This document shows, in pieces, positions 18,539 through 29,197 of a stretch of DNA of 51,539 nucleotides. Below the pieces are notes generated by a model. It saw only the letters and a program-made list of their open reading frames with translations. It was not told the origin of the DNA and ran no database searches. Both the position numbers and the translations under genes were made by a program. The first letter of the stretch is position 1, and each line of letters starts with the position of its first letter. Source of the stretch: Candidatus Brocadiia bacterium (GTDB taxonomy: Bacteria; Planctomycetota; Brocadiia; SM23-32); the NCBI GenBank assembly GCA_046538485.1, contig JBKHIT010000033.1, positions 1 to 51,539 on the forward strand, read 5' to 3'.

Positions 18539-21500
18539 ATGCGACAAAATAATTGGTTTTGTGGCCGCTGTTTGAGAACAGTCCTGGCTCTTCTGTCTTT
18601 ACTTTTCTTTTGCGCGGCGGCGCCGGCGGACAAATATTTCCAGACGCCGGTGCAGAAAAAAGATCTCGACCCGGATGCGACGAGTCAGAAAATCGAGGGA
18701 CAACCAGCCGAAGACGTCCACTTCCACCCGCGCCACAATCACCCCGGCTGGGTCGTCTGGACCCGCAGCTCCGGGCCGGGACACTCCGGCGTGAAGTTCG
18801 GCATCTCCGACTCCGCCGGCGTCCGCCACCTGCGCCTGGGATTCAAACGCGAGATCCCCGTGGGAACTATTTTCGCCCGCGGCGGAGGACAGCTCTCCAT
18901 TTTGAAACCAGAGGCCCCGTATCCCGGCGACCCGGGGCAGGAGAACCACTGGCAAAAAGCCACTCGGGTTCATGAAGGCGAGTACTCGCTCTGGATTCTG
19001 CCTCCGAACACCGCAACCCGGGCGCTACGATTCAGCCAGGAAAGCCGGGGGCGGATGAAAGTGAAATTTCAGGGCCACCTCTCCGGCGTTTACATTCTTA
19101 AAGAGCGCCTGATTAACCTCGCTCCAGAAGCGGACATCATCGCCAGCACCAACCAGAAGAAAGCCCGTTTCCTGAACGATCACTCGCGCGGGGGCTGGCA
19201 CGGCGTATGGGAGAACGAATGGCAAGAGCGTTCGAAAACAATCTCCGATAAATCCCCGGAATCCCTGATGTTGTTGTGGCCGACGGAGGTCGAGCTTCGG
19301 GGACTGTGCGCCCTCTGGGCAGGTTTCAGCCGCGTTCAGGTGGCATGCTACAAGGGGCCTGAGAAAATTCATCCCAGGGAAGCGGAAGCTGAACACTGGC
19401 AAAATTTGGGAGATTTCAAAGTCGACCACCAGTACCCGCGCCGTTTCGCGCCGAACTGGCTGGATTTCGGCAAAACCATCAAAACAAGGGCCGTTAGACT
19501 GACCCTCACCGAGCCGAGCCCCTCAGAACAGGTTCATCCCCATGTCGTCAGAAAACCACGCGGCGGGAAACGCGCGTGGCTCGGCGAACTGATGGCCGTC
19601 CATGCGATTCAGAACGAAGATGCCGTAATCCCGGAGAAACTCCGCCGGGCCGCCGAATCCGATCACCCCCCAATTCCCATCGAATTTACACTGAAAGAAC
19701 CAGGTTATGTCACTCTCGTCATTGAAAACAGCGAAGGGAAACGCGTCCGGAACCTCCTCAGTTCCCGTCGTTTCGAGGCCGGTCAGCATACGGTCTGGTG
19801 GGACGGACTCGACGAGACCCCTGTCAATTCCCGCGTTCACGGGATCTACGATATCCGGGGCCGCCTGGTCGAACCCGGCCAGTATCGTGTCAGGGGACTC
19901 TACCGTGGAGACGTGAAACTCCGTTACCAGATGACACCCTACAGTTCGGGCGATCCTCCCTGGCTTACCCCTGACCACAAAGGCGGCTGGCTCGCCGATC
20001 ATACCCCGCCGTGGGACGCGCTGTTTGTACCCGAAGGCCCGAGTGGGAAGCCGGAAGTCCTTCTTACATCGTATGTTGTGGAGCACGGACACGGTCTGAT
20101 CGGAGTCGATCTGAACGGCAAAAAACTCTGGGGAATCCGGCGTCTGGGAGGCGTCTGGACCGGCGGTTCGCATCTCGCCGCCGACCGAGGAGCGAAGGCT
20201 GATCCCGAGGTGATCGCCTACATCGGATCCTGGTGGAGTTCCCGAGATGGAAAAGGCGAAGTGCGCCTCACAGCGCTCGATAAAGATTGCAACCAGCGGA
20301 CAATTCTGAAATATGAGACAAAAAACAAGAAAATCGCCCGCCTCGGTGGCCTTGCTGTCCACAATGGGATTCTTGTGGCGAGTCTCCCCGAACTGAAAAC
20401 GCTTCTCTTCGTGGATGCTTCATCAGGGAAAACGCTCCACGCTCAAACGATAGAGAATCCGGGATCGATTGCGTTTGATGCCGCGGGACGGCTCCTGATG
20501 ATCCAGGCCGACAAGATACGCCGGTATTCGCTGGACCGATCGGTGCCCCGGCCCGGGAAAGCAGAAACGGTCCCGGCACAAGGATTGAAAGATCCCCGCC
20601 GGCTGAGTATTGCCGAGAACGGCCGCCTGTACGTCAGCGATTGGGGGAAGAGCCACCAGGTAAAGATCTTTTCCCCCGAAGGCAAACTTTTGCGCAAAAT
20701 CGGCACACCGGGCGGTCGGCAGGTGGGCAAATACGATCCGACCAGAATGCACCTGCCCGCGGGAACGGCCGTGGACTCCCGGGGGCGACTCTGGGTCGCA
20801 GAACGCGACAAAACCCCGAAACGGGTCAGTCTCTGGTCGGAAAATGGCGAATTCATCCGTGCTTTCTACGGCCCGCCGAAATACGGCGGAGGCGGGGCGC
20901 TCGATCCGGCCGACAAAACGCGGTTTTATTATGCGGCCGGCGGCGATTTTTCCGGGTTGGGCTTCCGTCTCGACTGGAAGAGGCGAACTTTTGATCTCAC
21001 CGATATTTACTACCGGGCCAGTGAAACAGAAACGCGGATTCCCTGCGGTCATCACAGCACGCCCGTCGCGCCGCAACGCGCGATTCACCACCGCGGACAC
21101 CACTACATGACCAACGCTTTCAACAGCAACCCCACGACCTCGCCCTCCATCGTCGGAGTCTGGTTGGTCAGGGAAAACACGGCCCGTCCCGTCGCCGCCG
21201 TCGGGTCCGCACGGCGTTGGGAAATTTTGAAAGAAGACCGGTTCAAAGACCGTCTGCCGGAGGGATTTGACTGGAAAGATCGTGGCAAGAGCAGAAAACT
21301 GTTGTTCGCGTGGTCCGATCTCAATCTTGATCACCAGTTGCAGCCGGATGAAGTGACGTTCCGTGTGCTGGAAAGTCCGTCCGTGGGCCAGGGCTACATC
21401 CGACGGGATCTGACGATGATGTTTACGTTCACTGATCGGCTCAGCCCGACGAAATTCACCGACGCCGGTGTGCCTGTATACGATGCGAGCAAAGCGGAAC

Positions 21501-22819
21501 GCGCTGTCGCCGGCAAAATACCGACCGGTTTCACAAGCGGTGCCAGGGTCGCCATCGACGCCCCCGATGGCTGGATTATCAGAACGGGCGGCCCAATAAG
21601 AGGTTATCGGAACGGCACGCTGAAATGGGCGTATCCGAACCGATGGCCCGGACTCCATGCATCGCACAATTCCCCGACACCACAACATGCCGGACAGATC
21701 ATCGGGGCGACACGGATTCTGGGTCATCCGGTGGAACCGGCGGACGGAGAAGCGGGGCCGATCTGGGCGATCAACGGCAACTTCGGGAACGTCTATCTGA
21801 TGACAGTCGATGGCCTTTTCGTAAAGACGCTCGGTCGGGACCAGCGTTCCGCGCCCCCGTGGCATCTGCTTGAAGCCAAACCGGGGATGGTCGTCGAAGA
21901 TGTCAGTTTCATAACCGAGCATTTCTGGCCGACCATCGTCAAGTCCGAGGGCGAGATCTACCTGACAGCCGGCAAAGGCCACTGCAGTATCCTGCGGGTA
22001 GACGGACTCGAATCGGTCCGAAGTCTGCCGGAACAAAGGGTCAGCGTAACTCCTGAACATCTCGCCGAAGCCAGTGCATATCGGCGTCGCGTCGAAAAAC
22101 AGAGGATCCAGCGGCGGGGTCGGAAGACGCTGACAGTTCGAATGGCCGATGAGCCACCTGAAGTTGACGGGAAACTGGGGGATTGGGCCGGTGCTGAGTG
22201 GGTGCGAATCGGAGAATACAAACGACGCATCAAAGAACTCAAGGCCGATGCTGCGCTGGCTGTTGCTGGTGACCGGTTATTCGCGGCGTTCCGGACCGGT
22301 TCTGCGAAACTTCTGCAGAACACTGGCGAATCCTGGAAGTCGCTTTTCAAGACCGGCGGTGCGCTCGACCTGAAGTTAGCTACCGATCCGACGGCTGATC
22401 CTGAGCGGAAGGATCCCGTAGGGGGCGATCTGCGCCTGCTGATCACGGAGGTGGGGGGGAAAACAAAGGCCGTGCTCTACCGCCCGGTCGACCCCGAAGC
22501 GCCGGCGGACGAGGCGGTTCCGTTCAGTTCTCCCTGGCGGACGGTGACTTTTGACAGCGTCCGGAACGTGAGCGATTCGGTCGAGCTTGCGGGCAGGGAT
22601 GGCAACTTCGAGGTTTCGGTATCGCTGGATGTCCTTGGCCTGAAACCCCGCGACGGGCTGGTCATCGCGGGTGACATCGGGATTCTTCGCGGCAGCAGGG
22701 GAGTGACGATTCATCGTCTTTACTGGCACAACAAATCGACCGGCATCATCTCGGATGTGCCGGGAGAGGCCGCGTTGCGGCCCGATTTGTGGGGTCGCTG
22801 GCGGTTTGAGGTGGATTGA
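18539..22819 (+). CDS. Large secreted protein, paralog of 14040-18047 with a different N-terminal module
   Basis: Signal peptide; YVTLVIENSEGKRVRNL..WWDG, LYVSDWGKSHQVK, EVDGKLGDW; many motifs shared with the upstream paralog. Confidence 0.8.
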   Translation: MRQNNWFCGRCLRTVLALLSLLFFCAAAPADKYFQTPVQKKDLDPDATSQKIEGQPAEDVHFHPRHNHPGWVVWTRSSGPGHSGVKFGISDSAGVRHLRLGFKREIPVGTIFARGGGQLSILKPEAPYPGDPGQENHWQKATRVHEGEYSLWILPPNTATRALRFSQESRGRMKVKFQGHLSGVYILKERLINLAPEADIIASTNQKKARFLNDHSRGGWHGVWENEWQERSKTISDKSPESLMLLWPTEVELRGLCALWAGFSRVQVACYKGPEKIHPREAEAEHWQNLGDFKVDHQYPRRFAPNWLDFGKTIKTRAVRLTLTEPSPSEQVHPHVVRKPRGGKRAWLGELMAVHAIQNEDAVIPEKLRRAAESDHPPIPIEFTLKEPGYVTLVIENSEGKRVRNLLSSRRFEAGQHTVWWDGLDETPVNSRVHGIYDIRGRLVEPGQYRVRGLYRGDVKLRYQMTPYSSGDPPWLTPDHKGGWLADHTPPWDALFVPEGPSGKPEVLLTSYVVEHGHGLIGVDLNGKKLWGIRRLGGVWTGGSHLAADRGAKADPEVIAYIGSWWSSRDGKGEVRLTALDKDCNQRTILKYETKNKKIARLGGLAVHNGILVASLPELKTLLFVDASSGKTLHAQTIENPGSIAFDAAGRLLMIQADKIRRYSLDRSVPRPGKAETVPAQGLKDPRRLSIAENGRLYVSDWGKSHQVKIFSPEGKLLRKIGTPGGRQVGKYDPTRMHLPAGTAVDSRGRLWVAERDKTPKRVSLWSENGEFIRAFYGPPKYGGGGALDPADKTRFYYAAGGDFSGLGFRLDWKRRTFDLTDIYYRASETETRIPCGHHSTPVAPQRAIHHRGHHYMTNAFNSNPTTSPSIVGVWLVRENTARPVAAVGSARRWEILKEDRFKDRLPEGFDWKDRGKSRKLLFAWSDLNLDHQLQPDEVTFRVLESPSVGQGYIRRDLTMMFTFTDRLSPTKFTDAGVPVYDASKAERAVAGKIPTGFTSGARVAIDAPDGWIIRTGGPIRGYRNGTLKWAYPNRWPGLHASHNSPTPQHAGQIIGATRILGHPVEPADGEAGPIWAINGNFGNVYLMTVDGLFVKTLGRDQRSAPPWHLLEAKPGMVVEDVSFITEHFWPTIVKSEGEIYLTAGKGHCSILRVDGLESVRSLPEQRVSVTPEHLAEASAYRRRVEKQRIQRRGRKTLTVRMADEPPEVDGKLGDWAGAEWVRIGEYKRRIKELKADAALAVAGDRLFAAFRTGSAKLLQNTGESWKSLFKTGGALDLKLATDPTADPERKDPVGGDLRLLITEVGGKTKAVLYRPVDPEAPADEAVPFSSPWRTVTFDSVRNVSDSVELAGRDGNFEVSVSLDVLGLKPRDGLVIAGDIGILRGSRGVTIHRLYWHNKSTGIISDVPGEAALRPDLWGRWRFEVD

Positions 22820-22919
22820 AAACGACCAAACCGGGTTGGAATCTTTCGGCCTGGTGGCGGGATAGGTCTTCGCGGTTTATTTTTCCTGCCCGCAGTAGCG
22901 GAATGCGCCCGATGTTTCA

Positions 22920-22984
22920 AGCGCTGCGGACGTTCCCGCACGGGCAAACGCCTTTGGGCATCCCAGAGGGTATGGCTGCGTGAT
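22920..22984. repeat. Hairpin repeat, family A, second copy
   Basis: AGCGCTGCGGACGTTCCCGCA...CCTTTGGGCATCCCAGAGGGTATGGCTGCG, between convergent genes. Confidence 0.4.
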
Positions 22985-23091
22985 TACCGCTCCCTCAGAA
23001 TGCAGCACAAGGAATAAGACGGGTATGCCGGAGACAGCCCTGCCGGGACCGCTGGCAACAAGGAAGTCTGAGAATATTTATCCATGACTGC

Positions 23092-24138
23092 TTACAAATC
23101 TATGGGGTATTGTCCAAGAGTGTGGCAGGCTTCGTAGAAAGCGAAGATATTTTTCAGTGGGGTAGTGGGCGTAATTTCGCTTGAAGACGCGATGAAATGC
23201 CCTCCTGCTGGAGAAGCGGCTCTGATACAATCTTTGACAGCGCGCCGCACGTCGTGAGGCTTTTTCCGGACAAGAGTATGGCTGGAGTCGACATTTCCGA
23301 CCAGTATAAGGCGCTCGCCATAACGTTTTTTGAGATATTTAATATCCATACCCGCGATTGGTTCGATAGGGTTGAGGCCTGCGATACCCATTTCCACCAG
23401 ATCGTCAAGAATTTCCATTATGTAGCCGTCGCTGTGGAATATGACTTTAATATTGGCAGTGGCGAGCGGTTTGATGTTCAGGGCGAGGTTGGGGAAAAAG
23501 TTCTGACGGAGCCATTCCGGTGAGAAGAGCAGGCTGTTTTTGCCGCCGATGTCTTCCCCGAGGAAAAAAAGGGGGCAAAGGCGTTCCTGTGCCACTGTTT
23601 GGGCCCACTTTGCGTTTTCTGTGGCGCGTTTTTCCAGCACAGACCGGATGAGCCCGGGATAATCTTTGCACCATTCGCAAAAAGGCTGGAATCCGGCGCT
23701 GGTGTAGAGATCTGTCAGACCGGTGCCGCCGCTGGGAACGAACATAGTGTGAGGAGAAAGATTATCCCGCATCCAGCGATAGTGCCCAAGAAGTTGGGGT
23801 TTGAGCTCAGCCCATGAATCGTTCGCGGGGGTGTTCAACTCCTCTTCCAGGTCGGCCGGGGACTGAACGTCTTTACGGGGCCAATTGGTTTGGGCTTCGT
23901 TTCTCTCCTCGGGGGTCTGCGGGGTGCAATATCCCCTGCAAAGATCAATACCCAGTTCGTTGTAGAGTCGCCCCATAGTGACCTGGGGATTTTCGTCGCC
24001 GGGTCGACGAAAATGGTTGAAGACGGTGGGGTTATTGATAAATCCCCATACCGGCACACGGTCGGGCTCCTGGTGCGAAGCAGAGGTAAGGATACGTTCT
24101 TCGACCCCCCGATCGATGTTGGTTTGCCATTGTCCCAC
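23092..24138 (-). CDS. Uroporphyrinogen decarboxylase (URO-D/MtaA-like) family protein
   Basis: HQEPDRVP, EDIGGKNSLLFSP, IFHSDGYI, GLNPIEP, LVGNVD. Confidence 0.8.
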   Translation of the reverse strand: MGQWQTNIDRGVEERILTSASHQEPDRVPVWGFINNPTVFNHFRRPGDENPQVTMGRLYNELGIDLCRGYCTPQTPEERNEAQTNWPRKDVQSPADLEEELNTPANDSWAELKPQLLGHYRWMRDNLSPHTMFVPSGGTGLTDLYTSAGFQPFCEWCKDYPGLIRSVLEKRATENAKWAQTVAQERLCPLFFLGEDIGGKNSLLFSPEWLRQNFFPNLALNIKPLATANIKVIFHSDGYIMEILDDLVEMGIAGLNPIEPIAGMDIKYLKKRYGERLILVGNVDSSHTLVRKKPHDVRRAVKDCIRAASPAGGHFIASSSEITPTTPLKNIFAFYEACHTLGQYPIDL

Positions 24139-24457
24139 GTTTTTGAAATCTCGAACGCTGGCTCATCCATGCTTCGACATTGAGGATGAACGGAGGAAAT
24201 AAGCGGTCATGGTTTGTATGGTTTTATCGGAGCTCAAACGGTTCTCAACTCAGCGCTGCTGTCATTGCGATTGCCTGTGCGCGGACGTTGCGAGTACAAC
24301 TATCCAACCGGTAAAAACGCCCAGATTATTTCGGCGTAGCATACGCCCGGGTGCAAAGGGCTCTTAACTGCCGTCTTGCAGTTTGTTTGAGAACTGGCTC
24401 GGGATCTTCTACCTGAATGGGTTGTTTTGGGGGTCGGAATTAGTTTGCCCATACGCG

Positions 24458-25243
24458 TTAGAGGCGATCCGCAATTTCGTTTTTTGCCTCCTGACCCCAT
24501 TTGTAGTATTCGAGCCGTTCGAGCTTCGAACCGGCGGCTTCGTCGACTATAACGATAGCGTTAGGATGAAGCTGAAGAGCCGAAGCGGTAAGCTGTGAAG
24601 TGATGGGGCCTTCGATACACCCCTGTACGGCATCAGCTTTACTTTCGCCGCTGGCCAGCAAGAGGCACGTCCGGGCCTGCAGTATGGTGTGGACGCCCAT
24701 GGTGACGGCGAACCGGGGCACTTCATCTTCGCTTTCGAAGAATCGGGAATTGTCTTCGATGGTTTCTGGTGCGAGGGCGACAACCTGTGTGCGGGAAGCG
24801 AGAGACGAGCCGGGCTCGTTGAAACCAAGGTGTCCGTCGCGGCCGATTCCCAGGACCTGGAGGTCAACCCCCCCGGCTTCTTGAATCATGTTTTCATACT
24901 GGAGACAGTATTGGCCGAGGTCTTCGGCGAGCCCATCCGGAACATAGGTGTTTTCTTCAGGGATATTGATGTCGTTGAAAAGGTGCTCATCCATGAAGTA
25001 ACGGTAGCTTTGTTCATGATCGGGCGGCAGGTCAACGTATTCATCCAGGTTGAAAGTGGTAACTTCCGAAAAATCGATCTTGTCATTCTGGTTTGCCGCA
25101 ATTAAGCGATCGTAGAGTCCGATCGGGGTGCTTCCGGTGGCCAGCCCGAGGACCATATCGGGTTTGTCTTTCAGTGATGAGATGGCAACTTGAGCGGCTA
25201 AATCGCTCATTTTTTCATAGTCATCTGTAATAACAACTTCCAT
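24458..25243 (-). CDS. nagB: Glucosamine-6-phosphate deaminase
   Basis: VLGLATGSTP, TFNLDEY, LGIGRDGHLGFNEPGSSL, TASALQLH. Confidence 0.95.
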   Translation of the reverse strand: MEVVITDDYEKMSDLAAQVAISSLKDKPDMVLGLATGSTPIGLYDRLIAANQNDKIDFSEVTTFNLDEYVDLPPDHEQSYRYFMDEHLFNDINIPEENTYVPDGLAEDLGQYCLQYENMIQEAGGVDLQVLGIGRDGHLGFNEPGSSLASRTQVVALAPETIEDNSRFFESEDEVPRFAVTMGVHTILQARTCLLLASGESKADAVQGCIEGPITSQLTASALQLHPNAIVIVDEAAGSKLERLEYYKWGQEAKNEIADRL

Positions 25244-25291
25244 TTTGCTCTCCGTTCAGATGAAAAGGGGCCAGAGATATTTTACTGGGAC

Positions 25292-25537
25292 TCAGTCTTC
25301 GAGATATTCGCTGATGAAGTCGACCGCGTCGCCGACGGATTGGACTTCGAGAGCAGCTTCTTCGTCCATTTCAATATCGAATTCTTCTTCAAAAGCTGCG
25401 ACCAGTTCGAGGCTTTGAATGGATTCGGCGCCAAGATCAGCAATAAAGTCATCCGTTTCCACGATATCGCTCTCGGGGACGCCCAGGATGTCGCTGACAA
25501 CTTCCTTCACTCGCTGTAGTACTTCACTTCGTTCCAT
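25292..25537 (-). CDS. acpP: Acyl carrier protein with variant motif GAESIQ
   Basis: Acidic ~81 aa, FIADLGAESIQSLELVAAFEEEFDIEM, SVGDAVDFI; AGGAG RBS before ATG 25537. Confidence 0.85.
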   Translation of the reverse strand: MERSEVLQRVKEVVSDILGVPESDIVETDDFIADLGAESIQSLELVAAFEEEFDIEMDEEAALEVQSVGDAVDFISEYLED

Positions 25538-25573
25538 CAGGAGCACTCCTTTCTCAGATGGATGTTATGATGG

Positions 25574-26848
25574 TTACCTGATTTTCTTTCGGTCTTTGCG
25601 GACACGTTTCATTTTTTCTTCGTGGGTAATTTCCTCGGAGTGTTTGATCAAATCGACAGTGGCTTCGGTCAGTTCGACGTCGCGGCGTTCCATTGCGTGC
25701 CGGGCGGTGTTGAGTGCATATTTAATTCCGAGGCCCTTGGATATTCTGTCGTTGATGTACCAGCAAAACGAGGGGATATATTTTGGCAGGACACTTGAAC
25801 CCGCCATCAGGTTGCACATTATGCCGACAATACTACCGGTGTTCAACATAGTGCCGATGCTGGTTTTCGTATGATCTCCGATGAACGAACCGACCTTCAT
25901 CTGGCCGCTATCGGTCGATTCGCCGTTGAGATACAGTTTAACGTTGCTGTAATCGTTCTTCAGGTCACTGTTTGTGGTAAGCGCGCCGAGGTTGACCCAT
26001 TCACACACGTAGCTGTGTCCCAGAAAACCGGTGTGATATTTGTTTGAGTAGCCGTGGATAATACTTTCCTCGACTTCACCACCGACCCGGCAGACGGGGC
26101 CAATAGAACACCCCTCCCGGATTTTTCCTTCGAAGATCTGAGTTTTTGTGCCAATGTATGCTGGGGCTTCAACGCTGGTATGAGCAGAAATTTTGACGCC
26201 ATCGTCGATCATAACTGGGCCTTCTCGACAATCGATCCACGTGTGGGGCTGGAGCTCGACGTTTTCACCGATATAGATGTTCTCTTTCGGGCCGATCATT
26301 TTGGCGCCTTTTAGCGGATCGCTCTTGCGTTGAGGTGTGCAATATTCGCGGAAATCACTGGTAATTTGATCCGGACTGTGGTGAACCAGATCCCACGGGT
26401 ACCGAATCAGAATATCAAGAACTTTCTCCGAGGGCAATTGTTCGAGTGCCTGCTGAGCGATCCCGATACAGGCGGGCGTGTCAATTTGTTCCAGGGTTTC
26501 TTTTTTTATGAAGGCCCACATAAGGCGACCGTTTTCATCAACTCCAGCGCGTTCCTTTTCCGTGTAGAAAGAGGATTCCGCGGTGAGGATGACGGCAGCA
26601 TTTATCAGCAGAAGATCATCGTCTGCCCGCGCGGCCTGATGACTGTTGACCCAGTCACCACCGTGTTTTTCGGCTTCGACGCCGTCGAGCTCGTCTCGAG
26701 TTTCAAGATAGAGATCTTGTTCCGGAAATTTCTTCTCGATCTTTTCTTTGAGCGTGAAAATTCCACAACGCAGATCGAAGGCTGCCCGCAGGAAAACCAG
26801 CGGGTAAAGATCGGACACGTGTTCGTCTTCAAAAAGGACAATTTTCAT
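25574..26848 (-). CDS. GlmU-like sugar nucleotidyltransferase / hexapeptide-repeat protein
   Basis: LYPL..LRAAFDLRCGIFTL, VGGEVEES, NKYHTGFLGHSYVCEWVNLGA.TTNSDLKNDY, IGDHTKT. Confidence 0.8.
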   Translation of the reverse strand: MKIVLFEDEHVSDLYPLVFLRAAFDLRCGIFTLKEKIEKKFPEQDLYLETRDELDGVEAEKHGGDWVNSHQAARADDDLLLINAAVILTAESSFYTEKERAGVDENGRLMWAFIKKETLEQIDTPACIGIAQQALEQLPSEKVLDILIRYPWDLVHHSPDQITSDFREYCTPQRKSDPLKGAKMIGPKENIYIGENVELQPHTWIDCREGPVMIDDGVKISAHTSVEAPAYIGTKTQIFEGKIREGCSIGPVCRVGGEVEESIIHGYSNKYHTGFLGHSYVCEWVNLGALTTNSDLKNDYSNVKLYLNGESTDSGQMKVGSFIGDHTKTSIGTMLNTGSIVGIMCNLMAGSSVLPKYIPSFCWYINDRISKGLGIKYALNTARHAMERRDVELTEATVDLIKHSEEITHEEKMKRVRKDRKKIR

Positions 26849-26970
26849 TATCCATTACCTCGTCTGTATGCTTTTGGTTCGGTCGGAGCCGGAATTTTGA
26901 TGTTGAGAATAACGTTTTTTCAGGTTTTCGCAAGCTTCCCCGGTGTCATTAACCGGTTTTTGCCGGCGCT

Positions 26971-28176
26971 TCACTGACTCTGTCTTTTGTAAAGTTCGAA
27001 TGTATCCATTGCGATTTTTAGCGCTTCGTCAGTCGGCACGCACAAGATGCTAACCGGGGAGCGTTCCGTACTGAGGGCCGCTTCTTCTGCTCTAACCTTT
27101 CGATTTTTCTCTTCGTCAAGTTCAATCCCGAGATTTTCCAAATCCGAGCAAATCATTTTTCGCACTCTTGCGCTATTCTCGCCAATACCTGCCGTGAATA
27201 TCACGGCATCGAGTCGGCCGAGTGCGGCCATATAGGCGCCGATGTACTTCTTTGCCCTATAGCAAAAGACCTCCATGGCAACCTGGGCGCGATGGTTTCC
27301 CGTTTCGCTTGCTTCGCTGAGTTCCCGCATGTCGTTGCTCACACCGCTCAAACCTTCAAGTCCGCTACGCCGATTTAGAAGATCGTAGACTTCACGCGGA
27401 TTCATCCCTAGATTCTCGGTAAAATGGAAAGAAAGCGCCGGATCGATATCACCGCATCGTGTTCCCATGACAAGTCCTTCCAGAGGGGTGAGTCCCATAC
27501 TGGTATCGACAGACTTGCCGTGGCTGATGGCCGCTGCGGAACAACCGTTCCCCAGATGCATCGTGATCAAATCACATTCCGAGAAGGGTTTTCCCAGAAT
27601 TTTAGCCGCTCGTTCTGCGACGTACCCGTGAGAGGTACCGTGAAAACCGTAGCGGCGCACATGATCTTTCTCATAGAGTTCGTAGGGTATTGCATAGAGA
27701 AATGCTTTTTCGGGCATTGATTGGTGGAACGCCGTGTCAAAAACCGCGACCTGTAACCTATCAGGTAGACGGTTCATCGCCGCTTCGAGGCCCGTAAGAT
27801 TGGGCGGATTATGGAGCGGGGCAAGGGAGATGTTTTCGCGAATGACCGAGAGAACTTTATCATCAACGGCAACGCTTTCCGAGACCTTTTCTCCCCCATG
27901 AACAACCCGATGGCCAACGGCTGCAATCTCATCCAGGTCTTCGATTGGCCCCGAAGCACTTATGAAAGTTTCCAGAGCAAGTTGCAACGCGGAACTGTGA
28001 TCCGGGGCATCGCAGTTGCGTTCGATTTGATTTGTCTCTGATTCAAATCGAAAGGAGCTTTCTTCTTCGCCAATGCGTTCGACGTGAAAATTTGCCAGTT
28101 TGCGGGAGGCGGGCATAGAAAAAAGGCTGCATTTCAGGGATGAACTCCCTGAATTTATGACAAGTATCTTGACCAT
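26971..28176 (-). CDS. ackA: Acetate kinase
   Basis: LVINSGSSSLK, GHRVVHGG, LAPLHNP, YGFHGTSH, HLGNG, MGLTPLEGLVMGTRCGD, FTAGIGENS. Confidence 0.96.
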   Translation of the reverse strand: MVKILVINSGSSSLKCSLFSMPASRKLANFHVERIGEEESSFRFESETNQIERNCDAPDHSSALQLALETFISASGPIEDLDEIAAVGHRVVHGGEKVSESVAVDDKVLSVIRENISLAPLHNPPNLTGLEAAMNRLPDRLQVAVFDTAFHQSMPEKAFLYAIPYELYEKDHVRRYGFHGTSHGYVAERAAKILGKPFSECDLITMHLGNGCSAAAISHGKSVDTSMGLTPLEGLVMGTRCGDIDPALSFHFTENLGMNPREVYDLLNRRSGLEGLSGVSNDMRELSEASETGNHRAQVAMEVFCYRAKKYIGAYMAALGRLDAVIFTAGIGENSARVRKMICSDLENLGIELDEEKNRKVRAEEAALSTERSPVSILCVPTDEALKIAMDTFELYKRQSQ

Positions 28177-28228
28177 TTATAAGTCTACGCGATTCATTTC
28201 TGGGGTAAAGCTGATTAAATTATTGCGG

Positions 28229-29197
28229 TTACATTCCCTGCACCACCGTCACAGCGGTTGTGGCAACAACGTCTTCAACACTCGCACTTCGCGAAAGGTC
28301 ATTGACGGGAAGAGCAAAGCCCTGTAGAACCGGTCCGATAGCCTGAACGCCGCAGAATTCTCTGACGGCTTTGTAACAGATATTTCCCGCATTCAGGTCG
28401 GGAAAAATTATGACGTTTGCCTTCCCTGCTACTTTGCCTCCGCCAACCCCTTTTTTTTCGGCCACATCGGGGTTAACAGCGGCATCGAACTGCAGCTCGC
28501 CTTCTACAAAACCATCCTCCAATTTCTGTTTGGCAAGACGGGTGGCTTCCTGAATACGATCTACGACTTCGTGCGCGGCACTACCGTCGGTGGAAAACGA
28601 AAGCATAGCAACACGGGGCGTCGTTGTGAGGAAGGAACGCGCCGTCCGGGCGCTTGCCACTGCAATCTCGGCCAATTCTCCGGGATCCGGATCGACAGCT
28701 ACCGCGCAATCGGCGAAAACAACAGGTGTGTCCGAGTCCCCCCGTAAATGCGGGACAATCATCAGGAAACAGCTGGACGGAGCATTGATTCCCTCTTTGT
28801 AGCCGACGGTAAGTCCGGCAGATTGGAGGACATTGGCGGTGGTGTGAGAGATCCCGGCCACGCACCCATCTGCAAGACCTGCTACCAGCATCATACCGGC
28901 GTAGACGAGCGGGCGTTTGACCATGTGCGCTGCGACGCCCTTTTTCGTCCCCCGGGCTTCGGAATAAAGTCCCGCGAATTTGTCGAGGCGGTCAGCGTCT
29001 TCGATAATTTCACTTTCGACGCCATCGGGGATTTTTGCAGGCATCGACTCATCGTTGCCGATCAGCACCGGTGTGGCAATCTGCCTCTGTGCGATTTCCC
29101 CCGCAGCTTCGACTATACGAGGGTCTTCGGCTTCGGGAAAGGCGATTCGCGCATCAGCTGATCGACATCTTTCTTCGATTTGTTCCAAAAGCGTCAT
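28229..29197 (-). CDS. pta: Phosphate acetyltransferase
   Basis: FPEAEDPRI, FADCAV, AMLSFST, GELQFDAA, FPDLNAGNICYK, PVNDLSR. Confidence 0.93.
   Translation of the reverse strand: MTLLEQIEERCRSADARIAFPEAEDPRIVEAAGEIAQRQIATPVLIGNDESMPAKIPDGVESEIIEDADRLDKFAGLYSEARGTKKGVAAHMVKRPLVYAGMMLVAGLADGCVAGISHTTANVLQSAGLTVGYKEGINAPSSCFLMIVPHLRGDSDTPVVFADCAVAVDPDPGELAEIAVASARTARSFLTTTPRVAMLSFSTDGSAAHEVVDRIQEATRLAKQKLEDGFVEGELQFDAAVNPDVAEKKGVGGGKVAGKANVIIFPDLNAGNICYKAVREFCGVQAIGPVLQGFALPVNDLSRSASVEDVVATTAVTVVQGM

Noticed and set aside
22930..23020. c-di-GMP-I riboswitch-like GCACGGGCAAAC
   Set aside because: Lacks the GNRA loop and GACGCAAA junction and lies between convergent gene ends
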